Shown in pieces: positions 53,211-64,000 of a stretch of DNA of 64,000 nt. The notes beneath the pieces are model-generated. The model was not told the DNA's origin, did not search any database, and saw only the letters and a program-made list of their open reading frames with translations. Positions within the stretch are counted from its first letter, which is position 1; every line of letters begins with the position of its first letter. The stretch is from the human T2T-CHM13v2.0 reference genome, Homo sapiens, in NCBI RefSeq assembly GCF_009914755.1, contig NC_060928.1; one strand, given 5' to 3'. Made by a program: the position numbers and the translations under genes.

Positions 53211-55077
53211 TTAAATAAATGGAGATGACTTTAATAGATTGGAAAAAAAAAGTAAGTTGTCATGTTGAAAGACTCGCCAAAATTCCCAGATCAATAAATT
53301 AAAAAGATGCACTTGAAGGCCCATCACTATGAAATTAGCACCTCCTGAAGATAAAAAAATTTCAGAGAGGTTCCAGGAAGAAAACTTAAATCATATTCAA
53401 AGAGGAGGGAAAAGAATGGCACTTGACTTGTCATCAGCAGAACTGGAATCTACAGAAAGTGAAGAAGCACTTTCAAAATCCTGAGATAAAATGACTCAAC
53501 CCAAAAATTCCATGTGTAATAAATCATCTATTAATATAAGAGTAAAAATATGACCTGATACTTCAAAACTAAAAAAAATTTACCTCCATTTATATACTTT
53601 CTTACAAAGTTGCTGTAAAATGTGCTACAACAAAATGAAATAGTAAACTCACTCTGGATTTAATTGAATTGTTAGACACCCTGTTGATGTCAGAAAATTG
53701 GCTGTTAGGATACATTGCAAAAGAAGAATGTTTCAAAATATAAAACGTCAGAAGAAAAAGCTAAAATGGTTCAAATGATTTCCTTCAGAAAGCCTAAGGA
53801 GTGGAAAAGAGAAGGGTAGGGGATGCTTTATTTCCTTAAAATCTTTTAGTTTTTTTCCTATGTGCATGTATTACATCATTAAAATGAAATTTGATTTAAA
53901 TAATAATTCATTTGTAGAAGGTAAGAGTATCATTTAATTTTACTATTCGCTAAGCTCCCCAAATCATAATCCCCATTACTTAGTCATTAATGCATCCATT
54001 CATTTGTAAGTATCCACTAAAAGTGCTTAGTTTGAATAAAAAGATTTTTGAAATGTGTAATTTCAATGAGAAAAGCCACATGGAAAAAGCAAGAGAATAA
54101 ATACAAAGCAATATGTACTGATAGCATTAAAATGCTTATTACTATCAGCTAGCTGAAGTAGAACTTTTTTCTACTGGGCAAATTTTATAACATATTGGAC
54201 ATAATGTGATTGACTAAAGGGAGGATACACTTTGCACTGTACATGTTATCATTTATTATTATACAAAACTCTTCAAAAACAAAGCATTTATACAAAAATC
54301 CATTTTGTGAGTATAGGAAAACTGTGTTTCATGCAAAATGAAAACCCAAGCTGTTTTATTTTCATTTTTGGTTTCTCATTTGGCAACCATGTTTTAGTTT
54401 AATGTTGGAGTTGAAACATGTGCTACAACTTATTTTGATGGTCTCCAAAATCATTTATTTTGGTCTGAATTTAAGCACTGTTTGAGATTTACTTAATGAT
54501 GTTCAGGTTGATTTCTTTTTTATTCATTTGCATCAGTCAATTTGTTACTTTTAGCTTGCAAGAAGAATATACAGATGTATTTTAAATACACTATTTAATT
54601 CTCAGAAGAAATATAATTCTGCTATGGCAAGGCTGAAACCCTCTAATCACAAACCCTTTCTGCCCCATTGAAACAGCACTTTTCATTATGCACTTCTTTA
54701 TTAACTTAAGGTTTCTTAGGCAAGCATCATTGCATTAGTGCAGAACAGACATTGGGACGTTTAACAAAACAGAAAACAGAATTTCATTGGAGCTAATTAA
54801 ATAATGAGAACCATTATATTAGTCAAATTAATTCTGTAAAATCATTTCACTTAGTTGCATCCAGTGATAGATGGCTCCAGTGGGGTTTAGTGTGAGGTGT
54901 GGGGGAGGGGGTAGGTTTTTGTCAACATCCAACAATTGAGGCAACTAGAAAAGAGATTACCTTATAGCCAGATGCACCTCATTCTTTCCTGGTCCTTTTC
55001 TCTTATATTCTTTTTCTCTATTCTATGTTTTTATGCTCTTTTGTTTTCTTTCTTCCCCGTGTCTTTGTCATGCCAAA

Positions 55078-55245
55078 TATAGCTACTTAACATGTATTAT
55101 GTGTCGGGGATGATACACTATGTACATGTATTAACTCTTTAATTCTCACCACAAGCATTTCCGTTATACTGATAAAGAAGCTGAGATGCAAGAGGAACTC
55201 CTCAAATTCACATAGCTAGAAGAGCCCACATTCTTAATTGTTACA
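55078..55245 (-). mobile_element. MIR
   Basis: TATTAACTCTTTAATTCTCACCACAA..TACTGATAAAGAAGCTGAG..CACATAGCTAG. Confidence 0.55.
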
Positions 55246-55315
55246 TCAAACTTAATTTTTACATTATTCACTACTTAACAAACCTGATGCTCTAAGGTGT
55301 CCTTGTCAACTCTCC

Positions 55316-55317
<2 letters not shown>

Positions 55318-55358
<41 letters not shown>
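55318..55358. repeat. (CA)~20 microsatellite
   Basis: Directly visible in the sequence. Confidence 0.98.
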
Positions 55359-55360
<2 letters not shown>

Positions 55361-57084
55361 CTGAGTCTGATGACTCTTAAAGAAGTCCAACAAATTCCAG
55401 CTTCAACTAGCTCAACCTAATTGGTCAGTCTTTTGCCTGCAATGCAGTTGTTAGTTGTCCAGTTCGCCTTTGGATTCTTAGACTATTTCTATCTTCCAAA
55501 ACAGTGTTGAGGGCTGTTACAGATAAATAATAGGAAAAAGTCTGATTGGCTGGCTCTGAATGTATGCACATGACATGGCTGTTTTGGTTTTAGCCTTAGG
55601 ATGCCATTTTCCAAAAGCTTACCTGTGCATTATAAGCTACTGTTGGCAGTCTGTTGCTGCTAAAATGAGGAATAATTCCTGCCTATTAGTAAGTGAGTTT
55701 ACCTCCAGGAAACCACTGAAAGTGAGTACAAATCAGAAGAGTTTCTGCAGGAGCCTAAATTAACCTGCAGGAGCCTTTCAGAGCTGCAAGCAATATTACT
55801 CCCAAGCACAGCAAGGTCAGCCCAGTCACAATTTTGGCTCTGCTTCTAAAGTGGGAATAATTTTTAAAAGAGAATTGCCTGTTGCTTTCTGTTGTGGAGT
55901 GGGGAGGGAAACATTAAGAAAATTTGACTAATCAAGTGCTAGAAGAATTGAAAACTGAAGTTTTCTGATTAGAAATGCAAAGCTAGGATCATGCCTTCTT
56001 GTATTTGTCAGAGTGGGGAACATAAAATCCTCCTAACCTATTCAGCTAGCTGAAATGTTTCCATGACAACAGTGGGAGCTTGGAACATTCGGTACTCTTG
56101 TCTTCAAAAATAACCTTTCAGTATAGGCAAGAGATTGTCAAAAGCACTAACCCAACTTCACCTTTGCTGTCCAAGGTAACTACCTGACCATTATCTTGGT
56201 CTCTTACTTCCCTGGAAGAACTTCAAATGGTTTGTTTATCCTATAGCATACGAACACAAATTAAGATAACCAGCCCAGGTTAAACTGTATTTAGTCTCAG
56301 CAGGTTATAGCACTTTTAGTTTGTGCTATTAGTATAAAATGTACTAGTTTTACCAAAGCAAAGAACTTACTTCTATGCAAAGAATTTATAAAGGTTGTTT
56401 CTTCTCTCCTTTTAAAGGCAATCAAGTTGAAAATATAAAATAAAGTTATCTCTGATAATATTTTTCTGACATGTCATCAACACACGTTCATGATAAATAA
56501 TATAGAAAATGCAGGAAAATGTTAGGGGAAAAGTGCATTTATTATCTCACAGCCCTGAGAGCCTACCCATTATTAACATGTTTATATATTCCCTGCTAGT
56601 ATTTATAGTATAGCCCTATTTTATTTGTTCATATTTATAAACTAAACCATTATTTAAGTTTGGCCACAGAGATAAGCTTGGATAATAAAAGGTTTATTGC
56701 CTAAAATAAAACCTCAAAATATAGTAGATAATCATGTGGGTGGCAGTGTTTCCAAGACTGACATCATGAGAACCAAAACAACAGTTTAATGAATACTCAA
56801 ATGTAATTAACCTACCTCATCTGCGCATTTGGCATTCCTACTTCTCCAGAAAGAGGCACTGATTTGTCTGTTGGCCACCATCCAATATGGGGCATCTCTT
56901 TCCCTGGCTTAATCAGTCCTGGCCCAGGTGGCACACTTATTTCAGGTATCACAAATGCTATAAACCCCAGAAATCTCACTGGGCCATTTCAGCCTTCTTT
57001 GTGCAGAAGGCAGCTTCAGAGGCTCCTTTCCAGTTTACCCTATACACAATTTTATATTATTTTCTTTCTTTCAGAGATATATCA

Positions 57085-57950
57085 TCAGTAACGTTTCAGG
57101 AGTGGGACAGTGGAAGTGGTTCACCTCAGATGCAAGCAATAAGGGGGAAGGAACATATAGAGAAATTAAAAGCAACGATTAATAAATAAAATCAAGTAAA
57201 ATTCAGCCTGCCTCATAGTCTCACAATGTTCCAGTGATCCTAAATATCAGGGAGAAAATATTCTTTTTCTTCAAATCCTTTTTGTTGATCTAGGTTCTAA
57301 ACAATTAATGAAGACATGGGTGAGTTTTACTAGTATATATTTAAGCTTCAAATGAGCACATTTTCATTAGTTACACATTAATAACTTTGTTATGTACATG
57401 AGAATTAATCCAAACGACTCCATGTATGGTCCATGACACACATAATTAACTACCCGTGTTCCTCTCTTTTGGAAAGTTAGTTCTATAGGATTTAGAATCA
57501 TTCAAGCTCACTTTGGATGCAGTTCATGTATTCAACTCCTGTGCTGTATATTCCTGCACTTAACTAGTAGATTTTAATAAAAAGTGGCAACATAATGGTT
57601 GTAAAGATAAACAGAAGTTGAGTTACTTCAACTATGTCTTTGTATGTGCAGATCATTCTCTGAAACACTGGGAATCCAATGTTTGGAAGTATTGTGGCTT
57701 CCCCTCCCCTTCTTTAAAAAAATGTAGTCTAAAAATACTAATTTGTTTATTTTCATTCTTAGTACTGTGTTATTCATTTTTACATTTTATTTTATTCCGT
57801 TTTCTTTACTGGCATGATTACATATGAAAAAGTTCAAGATAAGAATTCTATAATTCATGCTTCTTTTTTAACATTATTATTTGTTATACTTTATGGTTCT
57901 ATATTAACTAAATAAATTTTAAAAATTATAACTGGTAATTACAGAAATTA
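57085..57950 (+). mobile_element. MER97-like (hAT-Tip100) DNA transposon
   Basis: CAGT..GGGACAGTGGAAGTGGTTCACCTCAGATGCAAGCAATAAGGGG..TAGAGAAATTAAAA..TTTTGTTGATCTAGGTTCTAAACAATT..AAGCTTCAAATGAGCACATTTT. Right end approximate. Confidence 0.65.
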
Positions 57951-58129
57951 ATCAGTGAAAATAATTTTGATCTATAGAAAGGAGGGAAAAAATTAAAAAT
58001 AATTCACCCTAGATGTCAAATACTTTAGGTATTCCTCTGTCTCTTATGTTTTAAGCATGTAATTATAATGAAGTTTTCCTTACAAACACTATCCCACTAC
58101 ATCCAAAATATTCCTTTACCCAGAGAAGC

Positions 58130-58230
58130 CAAAATTTATTTAACTACTAATCTATTATTGAACAAGTAGGTTGTTTCCAGATTTTGCTGTTATAAATAGT
58201 GCTATAATGAATATCTCTGTATACATTTTA
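58130..58230 (-). mobile_element. L1M fragment
   Basis: TAGGTTGTTTCCAGATTTTGCTGTTATAAATAGTGCTATAATGAATATC. Confidence 0.55.
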
Positions 58231-58914
58231 TTCCTGCTTTCTGACGAAACCTGAGTTTAACTTTATGGGACTGCTTATAAGCAATAAACAGGGCCAAGAA
58301 GCAGGGCAGGAGTACCATAATCAATTATTCACAGACTAGATGATGTGAACCGTTACTGTAATGATGAGTTCACTGTAGTGAACTCTCGTTTATTCAGTAG
58401 TTAATTATCCATAAACCAAGTATCCATAATTTAGATTACCTACCTACAGCATCCTAAGGAAAAAAGCCAAAAGACAAAAAATCCTTATGGTGCGTTGGCT
58501 TTAAAAAGCCTTAAGAACCTCCCTGTTTAATATATGCCTCTATAATTTCTGTGCTGTATTCTTGAACATTTCCATCTATCATGTTATACAGGAGCTTTGC
58601 AGAATAAAATCCTCCCAGGCAGCTACCAGTCATCTGGAGCATCCTAATATGCTATATTTATTCACATTTCAATGCACATGCTAAATAAGAAATTGGTGAT
58701 ATGATGGAAGGGACTATGGATACTCAGATTTGTTCTTAAGCTTGGAGTCAGACATTTCTCTGGGTAGTTTATTTCCTGCCAATCTTGTGTGCAACACATA
58801 AGGAAAGTAAATACAAGGAAAATCTGATTTACCCCCACACCAAGGAAGAAGCCATGCCCCAAAGTCACAAGGCGGTGCTTCTGGGAGAGGATTGTTCTGG
58901 GCACAGTAGGACAA

Positions 58915-58990
58915 ATTGGTGGCTAAAAGTTTGGCTCTAGTGCCAGACTACCTGAGTTCGAATCCCACTTGCTAGCTAGGCAAACTTAGG
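58915..58990 (+). mobile_element. MIR 5' fragment
   Basis: GTGGCTAAAAG..GGCTCTAGTGCCAGACTACCTGAGTTCGAATCCC. Confidence 0.55.
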
Positions 58991-59237
58991 CTGGTCATGG
59001 GCTGTACTAGGCTGTGGGATTAAATAATAATAACAATAAACAAGTTGTAGTCCCTGCCCTGCTGGAAACTTAGTTGACAGAGAAAGAAAAGAGAGTCACA
59101 CAATTGAAAAAATTATTACACAGGAGAACACAGATGAGGGCATCCCACCCAGACTCAGGATATCTGTCAGTTATTATTTTATTATTGAGATTGAGGTTTT
59201 GTTCTATAGAAGACACAATCTGTTTGAAAGTAAACCA

Positions 59238-59242
59238 TATAT

Positions 59243-59287
<45 letters not shown>

Positions 59288-59415
59288 AGGTAGATTTTTT
59301 TCTCTCTTCCTATGTGTGTATATGTACACACACATACATTGAAAGATTATGCATGCATACACATACATATATACATTTACACTCATGCAAGTATTTATAT
59401 ACATACATGAATACG
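59238..59415. repeat. (CA)~18 microsatellite followed by a degenerate CA/TA-rich tract
   Basis: Directly visible in the sequence. Confidence 0.9.
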
Positions 59416-59514
59416 TATTTTTCTTCCAGGCAAAATGATTGGATAATGCTTCCATCCTCTTTTACTATTTGGCCCTCTTCTTCATTTTTTCTCAACTCTT
59501 AAAGCAAGAAAAAC

Positions 59515-59712
59515 CCAAATTCCTGGCTCAAATCCAAATTTTACTTCTTGCTACATACACTTAACCTTATTAAGACTCAGTTTCTATATCTGTAATAATA
59601 AAAACAATATCATCTAATAGGGATTTTATGCAGATTATAAGCAATAATGTACATAAAATGTTTGACATAGTGCCTGGCACACATTTAAAAAGACAATGAA
59701 TGTTAGCTGCAT
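59515..59712 (+). mobile_element. MIR
   Basis: CTCAGTTTCTATATCTGTAA..TAATAGGGATTTTATG..ACATAGTGCCTGGCACAC..AATGTTAGCT. Confidence 0.7.
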
Positions 59713-60749
59713 TTACAATTAGTAATTAAATTACTTCAGTCAATATAAGAATTATCCATAGACTTGAGGCCCGTTATTATTATCCTCCCTCTGGAATCTC
59801 ACAATTATTTTAGACCTTTTACTGAGCACATAGGAAAGATAAAATTATCTATATGTAGAAAGGGTTCTTTTCTATGACTATCTATGAGCTATTGGACATA
59901 GAAGACTGTTCCAGATATTCCATGTTGCCTAGATAGGGGTCTCTTCTCTCCCCACTTGCACACCAACCCATAAGTGTCACATGACCCCAGTACTCAATTT
60001 CAATATTTAGAGAAGGTTGTTACCCCCAAAAGTAAGCCAAATGGAAGACTGAACAATGTCAGGCATACAGGCAAGTGTCACTTCTGAAGGACATCTCAAA
60101 AGCTGCACTCCACTGGTTACTTTTGATGGGGAGTTCTGACCCATAGAACTGGAAGGATGAGCTTCATTCAGGCTAACTCTCAAGGGCCCTGGTGTCTCAG
60201 CCCCAGTGCTGCTGGCCAACTGTACTTGCTGTGTGGAGCTTAGGGGTCTTTCCTTGTGGACTTAGCTCCTGTCCAAATGGCCATTCCTATTCAGCTAGAA
60301 GAAATTATTTTTTCAGTCTAGGAAAGGAGGTCAACAAGTAGATTAAATCTGTTTTCAAATTGTATTCGTGTTTTCCTTGAAATAAAGCCTTTGCAAAGTT
60401 CAAGAGCCAAAACTTTGACAGCTTTTTTCTCTGGATTTTGGCAACTTCCAATTAAGCCAATGGGTAGTTCCCAGTCAGCTTCCTGGAACAGGGTACAATT
60501 CAGTGAAGCATGGAAAGAGGAAAACCACAAAGGCCACAACCAAAATGTATTTACTCTGTATGTTTACTTCAAGTTAGCCTTGATAAGAAAATGACAAAGA
60601 AGCAAGTCCAGAGTGGCTTATCACTTTGTAACTCATCCTACCGCTAGGGCAAATGTGGGGCTTAAATAATCACTTCATTCTGGGGGCAGGGAGGAGAGGA
60701 AGGGTTAAATTAGGAGAGGCAGTCTCTAGTAGAGGCTAAGACCATGTGC

Positions 60750-60920
60750 TCTTGAAATAAAAAGCCCTGCGTTCCTGTCCTCATTCAGCTACTTACAAGC
60801 TGAGTGACTTTGGGCAAATTACACAACCTCTCTGAGCCATGGCTTTCTCGATTGATAAAGTGGATGATAAGGATGGTTCTGTGTTTACATAGTCTTTTGA
60901 GGGACTAAATAATGATAAAG
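60750..60920 (+). mobile_element. MIR
   Basis: CTACTTACAAGCTGAGTGACTTTGGGCAAATTACACAACCTCTCTGAGCC..GTGAGGACTAAAT. Confidence 0.75.
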
Positions 60921-61904
60921 TCTCAGCATAAGGAATCAAAGAGTATATCTTATCTTCTGCTATTTTAAGGGAGGTGGATGGGGGGAGGTCTAAGACAAGA
61001 AAACTTTATCATATTTGTGTTCTGCTTTGCCAAGCCTGTGTTATTAGGTTTCCAAGATCAGGAAACCACCAGACGCCTTGTCTGATGTCAGCCATTCATT
61101 TTTGTTGTGCAAAATTCACATTTGCCAGCCTCCCAGAATCTGCTATAGAATGAAGCGCATAAAAGATTCATGCACATTTGGCAGTTACCTCCTGGATAAC
61201 ACTTCTCAAGGGATTGATTAAGGAATTTAATTTAAACCAACAGAACCAGTAGTATTTCTGCTGATCCCTCATGTAACTGTGTTAGTGAACATAAATATAC
61301 ATGGACAGGCTTTGGATATCCTGTGATTCTTACAATTATGTAGTTCAAAGCAAAGCAAACTGATTACCATATGCATGAAACTGAAAAACAGAAAGTTCCA
61401 TTCTGTTTCAGCAGTAGAAGAAAAGGTGGTTTTGAAATATGAGTTATCTCAGTCCCTTTATTTGATGAGTTTTCAATACTCGTACAGAGAAAATATTCAT
61501 CAAAATGTATCACATGGAAGCATATTAAATGTATGTTTTTCTTCTCAAGTTGCTGTGTTCAAACTTTGTCCCAAAGTAATGCTAGCTAACGTAACCTCTG
61601 CAATAATATGAACATGCAAGTCATTAAATGTTAAGGAATAAAGAGCTCAGAATTTTTGCTTATATTTGGTTGTCATAATATATTTACAATAATTATGTCT
61701 AGCATTATATTGAGCTGCAAAGAATTTTATGTTTTTCAATAATCTTTCAGGGAAGCTCAATATATAAAATAGATAAAAAGCAGAAAATACCTGGTTAAAG
61801 AGTGGCTTAGATACCTGAATATTCTAACCTTGAAGCCTCTCCATCTGTCCCGAGAAATAGTTCCTGAAATGACCCTGTATACTCCAAGGACTCAAAAGAA
61901 AATA

Positions 61905-62085
61905 ATTTGTATAATGCATTATTCCTTTTTATACACTTTCACTTTATTTTATCCTCACAAAAGCCTAATGATATAGATCTTGCCCTCATTTTACAGATCA
62001 AAAAACCAAAATTCAGAATGGAAATATTTTCCAAGTACTCCATTTTTAAGTACCAGCTTTTGGACTCAAACCTAAATCTTATTAC
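61905..62085 (-). mobile_element. MIR
   Basis: ATTTTATCCTCACAA..CTCATTTTACAGAT..GGACTCAAACC. Confidence 0.55.
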
Positions 62086-62092
62086 GCTAATG

Positions 62093-62324
62093 CAGAATTT
62101 CTTAACTTTGGCACTATTGATATTTTCAGCCAGATAATTATTTGTTCTATACGACTACCTGTACATCATAGGATGTGTAACAGCCTCCTTAACCTCTACC
62201 CACTCGAAGCCAGTAGCGTACCACCCTAGTCATGACAATCAAAAGTGTCTACAGATATTACCAAGGGTCCTGTGGAGTGGGGTGGAGGTAAGGGAAATAA
62301 AATGGCCCCAGACTGAGAACCATG
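62093..62324 (+). mobile_element. MER20 (hAT-Charlie)
   Basis: TTTCTTAACTTTGGCACTATTGATATTTT..CCAGATAATT..CCTCTACCCACT..GCCAGTAGC..TGACAATCAAAAGTGTCT..TGAGAACCA. Confidence 0.88.
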
Positions 62325-62334
62325 CCTCTAAAGC

Positions 62335-63400
62335 CAGGGCTCCTAACCTGGTATCTAGGATCCCCAAAATAAAACATAGGTAGGATTCTAGGGGTCCTTG
62401 AACTTAGATGGGAAAATTTTACATCTTTACACTAATATTTAATAGAAATTTAACATTTCTTTCCATAATTAATGTAGGCAACAGGACTTAGTGGTATTAT
62501 TACCACGAATTACACTTGAGACTTGTAACCAATAAAACATCAATGGAGTACTATTCAGCCATAAAAAAGAGTGAGATCCAACCATTTGCAACAATGTGGA
62601 TGGAACTGGAGATTATTATGTTAAGTTAAATAAGCCAGGCATAAGGAAGACAAACATCACATGTTCTCACTTATTTGTGGAATCATAAATCAAAACATTT
62701 GAACTCATGGACATAGAGAGTGAAAGGATGGTTAGCAGAGGCTCGGAAGGATAGTGAGGGGCTGGGGGAGGCGGGTATGCTTAATGGGTACCAAGAAAAT
62801 AGAAAGAATGAATAAGACCTACTATTTGATAGCACAATAGGGTGACTATAGTCAATAATAACTTAATTGTACCTTTTAAAATAAAAGGTGTAATTGAATT
62901 TGTAATTCAAAGGATAAATGGTTGAGGGGTTGAATACCCCAGTCTCCATGATGTGTTTATTTCACATTGCATGCCTATATCAAAACATCTCATGTATCCC
63001 ATAAATGTATATGCCTACTATGTGCCCACAAAAAAAATTTTTTAATAAAAATTTTAAATATAAAAAGTTGACAAAAAGGAGAAGAAAAAACATGAATAAA
63101 CCAAACTTCACATCTAATTACAATTTATTGCAGGTATTTCAAAATTTTATTTTGTATTTCCTACTTCAAAATTATGATAGATATTAGGCCTACTGTCTAA
63201 TCTTATTTGATACATTACTTTAAAAGTATATATAACTATATTATATGTTTAAAATTTTGTTAACTATATTTTAATACAATTGTTTTCCTTTGTAATCCTT
63301 TCTTTGATTTTTTTGTACCAACACATTTTCTAAGAGGGTGTCCATAGGTTTTACTTGACTGCAAAAGGGATCTATGACACAGAAAGTTTTCATAGCCCTG
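62335..63400 (+). mobile_element. hAT-Charlie element (Charlie4a/MER113-like), split by an L1MA
   Basis: CAGGGCTCCTAACCTGG..GGGGTCCTTGAACTTAGATGGGAAAA..AATGTAGGCAACA | ..CTACTTCAAAATTATG..TTTCCTTTGTAATCCT..GTCCATAGG..CCCTG. Confidence 0.7.
62543..63092 (+). mobile_element. L1MA1/2-like 3' end
   Basis: ATGGAGTACTATTCAGCCATAAAAAAG..GAACTCATGGACATAGAGAGT..GAATGAATAAGACCTACTATTTGATAGCACAATAGGGTGACTATAGTCAATAATAAC, then an A-rich tail. Confidence 0.88.
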
Positions 63401-63425
63401 CCCTGAAGCCCCTGCTTTTACCACC

Positions 63426-63467
63426 TTATATTTGGAGAGACAAGTTTTATATTTGGAGAGACAAACT
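63426..63467. repeat. 21-bp tandem duplication
   Basis: TTATATTTGGAGAGACAAGTT / TTATATTTGGAGAGACAAACT. Confidence 0.85.
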
Positions 63468-63519
63468 TTTTTATGGGCTAAGAGTGCACACTGTATTGCA
63501 CCTGTAATCAAATTACTAG

Positions 63520-63645
63520 CTGTTCTTTGTCTATAAAATGAGAATAATAGTAGCACATATCTTTTACTAGCTCTCATAATGTTAAGTGTTTAGCACAATG
63601 ACTGGCACGTAGTGAGCACATAATTACTACAAGTTATTTTTATTA
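63520..63645 (+). mobile_element. MIR 3' fragment
   Basis: TCTATAAAATGAGAATAATAGTA..AAGTGTTTAGCACAATGACTGGCACGTAGTGAGCAC. Confidence 0.65.
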
Positions 63646-64000
63646 CTCCTTTAATGTCTTATTGTTTATATATAATTGTCAAGTAACTATTTTGCCAATT
63701 ACGTTACAATGGTATTGACCAAACACAGAAATCTTTGAAATGCATGCCAAAGAACATAAAATGCTTACATTAGTCTCTCTCCTGCCTAGTGCTGGTTGGC
63801 ATTTTTAATTTGCAGGAGGTGTATAAGAAATTCATCTTCTTCAAGAGGGATTTGAAAATGTTCAGAACTCCACTTGTTCCTAGACACTGTGAGGATGGAA
63901 GCAATATTTATTTCATAGTGCATGCAAAGCCAATAGGAACAATGACAGCAGAAGTAAACTGGGAATTGTTGAACTGGGTGGAGCTCCAAGCCCTAGGTTT

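Noticed and set aside
53650-53712. Possible MER21-type LTR fragment
   Set aside because: Only ~60 bp of weak similarity, too little to call.
59070-59502. ORFs with HT/CV/YI runs (also 31527-31919)
   Set aside because: They are translations of dinucleotide microsatellites.

Overview
AT-rich, CpG-depleted primate (ape/human-type) genomic DNA with no CpG island and no recognisable host protein-coding exon, so either a gene desert or a large intron. Much of it is interspersed repeat: a near full-length L1PB1 (31.3-37.9 kb), two young 5'-inverted L1PA copies (27.3-30.6 kb and 45.3-48.6 kb), a 5'-inverted L1PB4, older L1M/HAL1/L2/CR1/MIR fragments, eight Alus, MaLR/ERVL/ERV1 LTRs and several DNA-transposon MITEs. 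The longest ORFs in the supplied track are L1 remnants, several others are Alu-derived, and the rest are short ORFs without coding evidence. The most interesting signal is that the two young L1s form a ~2.5 kb inverted repeat ~16 kb apart and share several non-consensus substitutions in patches. Each keeps its own target-site duplication, which points to ectopic gene conversion (or inversion toggling) between the arms. Other oddities are a 54-bp inverted templated insertion in the L1PB 5'UTR, a collapsed two-LTR ERVL provirus with a nested MaLR, and three twin-priming inversions. Repeat subfamily names and consensus comparisons come from recalled consensus sequences, not a database search, and boundaries of old repeats are approximate.
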